In this document: piece by piece, positions 63,742-64,000 of the stretch | Layout of the letters: the number at the start of each line of letters is the position of its first letter | Numbering within the stretch: position 1 is the stretch's first letter | Source: Camelus ferus | Taxonomy: Eukaryota | Length of the DNA stretch: 64,000 nt | NCBI RefSeq assembly: GCF_009834535.1 | Contig: NC_045696.1 | Location: 35,838,001-35,902,000, forward strand | Reading direction: 5' to 3' | Made by a program: the position numbers and the translations under genes | Notes under the pieces: model-generated | Database searches by the model: none | Seen by the model: the letters and a program-made list of their open reading frames with translations, nothing else | What the model was told of the DNA's origin: nothing

Positions 63742-64000
63742 TGCAGTATTCAAATGTCTCTTACAAATGCATCCTTTTTCAAAGGTGATCAAATTGATCT
63801 TCCTAAAGCATAGTTCTAAATAATCACTTTACACCTTAAGTTCCTTTTTGGTTTTTCGTTACTTCTACTTTTACTCCAAGAACAGTCCTGGAGAATTCAT
63901 CTTGTTCAACCATATATTTTCTACTCAACATTTCTAATCTTTTCAAAAATTTTTCCTTCGACCAAAACAGGCTACTTATTTTATTACCTGGAACATGCTT

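Noticed and set aside
1..64000. CRISPR array, operon or other prokaryotic/novel system
   Set aside because: No regularly spaced repeats, long ORFs or foreign-composition insert were seen; the window is consistent throughout with mammalian non-coding DNA.

Overview
AT-rich, CpG-poor mammalian genomic DNA, intergenic or deep-intronic, with roughly half the window made of recognisable interspersed repeats. Two tRNA-derived SINEs that look like the camelid Vic-1 family, cetartiodactyl-type L1 3' ends and the absence of Alu, B1/B2, Bov-tA/BovB, PRE-1 and Can-SINE point to a camelid (alpaca/llama/camel) genome; this is an inference. I cannot support any host protein-coding gene, rRNA, genuine tRNA or CRISPR array, and I see no convincing new biological system. 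The only ORFs with recognisable homology are decayed transposon remnants: L1 ORF1, the L1 ORF2 C-terminus, an L2 endonuclease motif and the Tigger1 transposase N-terminus. The items worth a second look are modest: two internally deleted L1s (one ORF1-only, HAL1-like), a deleted Tigger1, several intact solo LTRs, repeat-free islands with transcription-factor motifs that may be conserved enhancers, a few minus-strand segments bounded by splice sites (best: a 171-nt open, frame-symmetric candidate exon at 51741-51911), hairpin-associated tandem duplications and a pair of G-quadruplex motifs. Repeat subfamily names come from memory of consensus sequences, and boundaries without TSD evidence are approximate.
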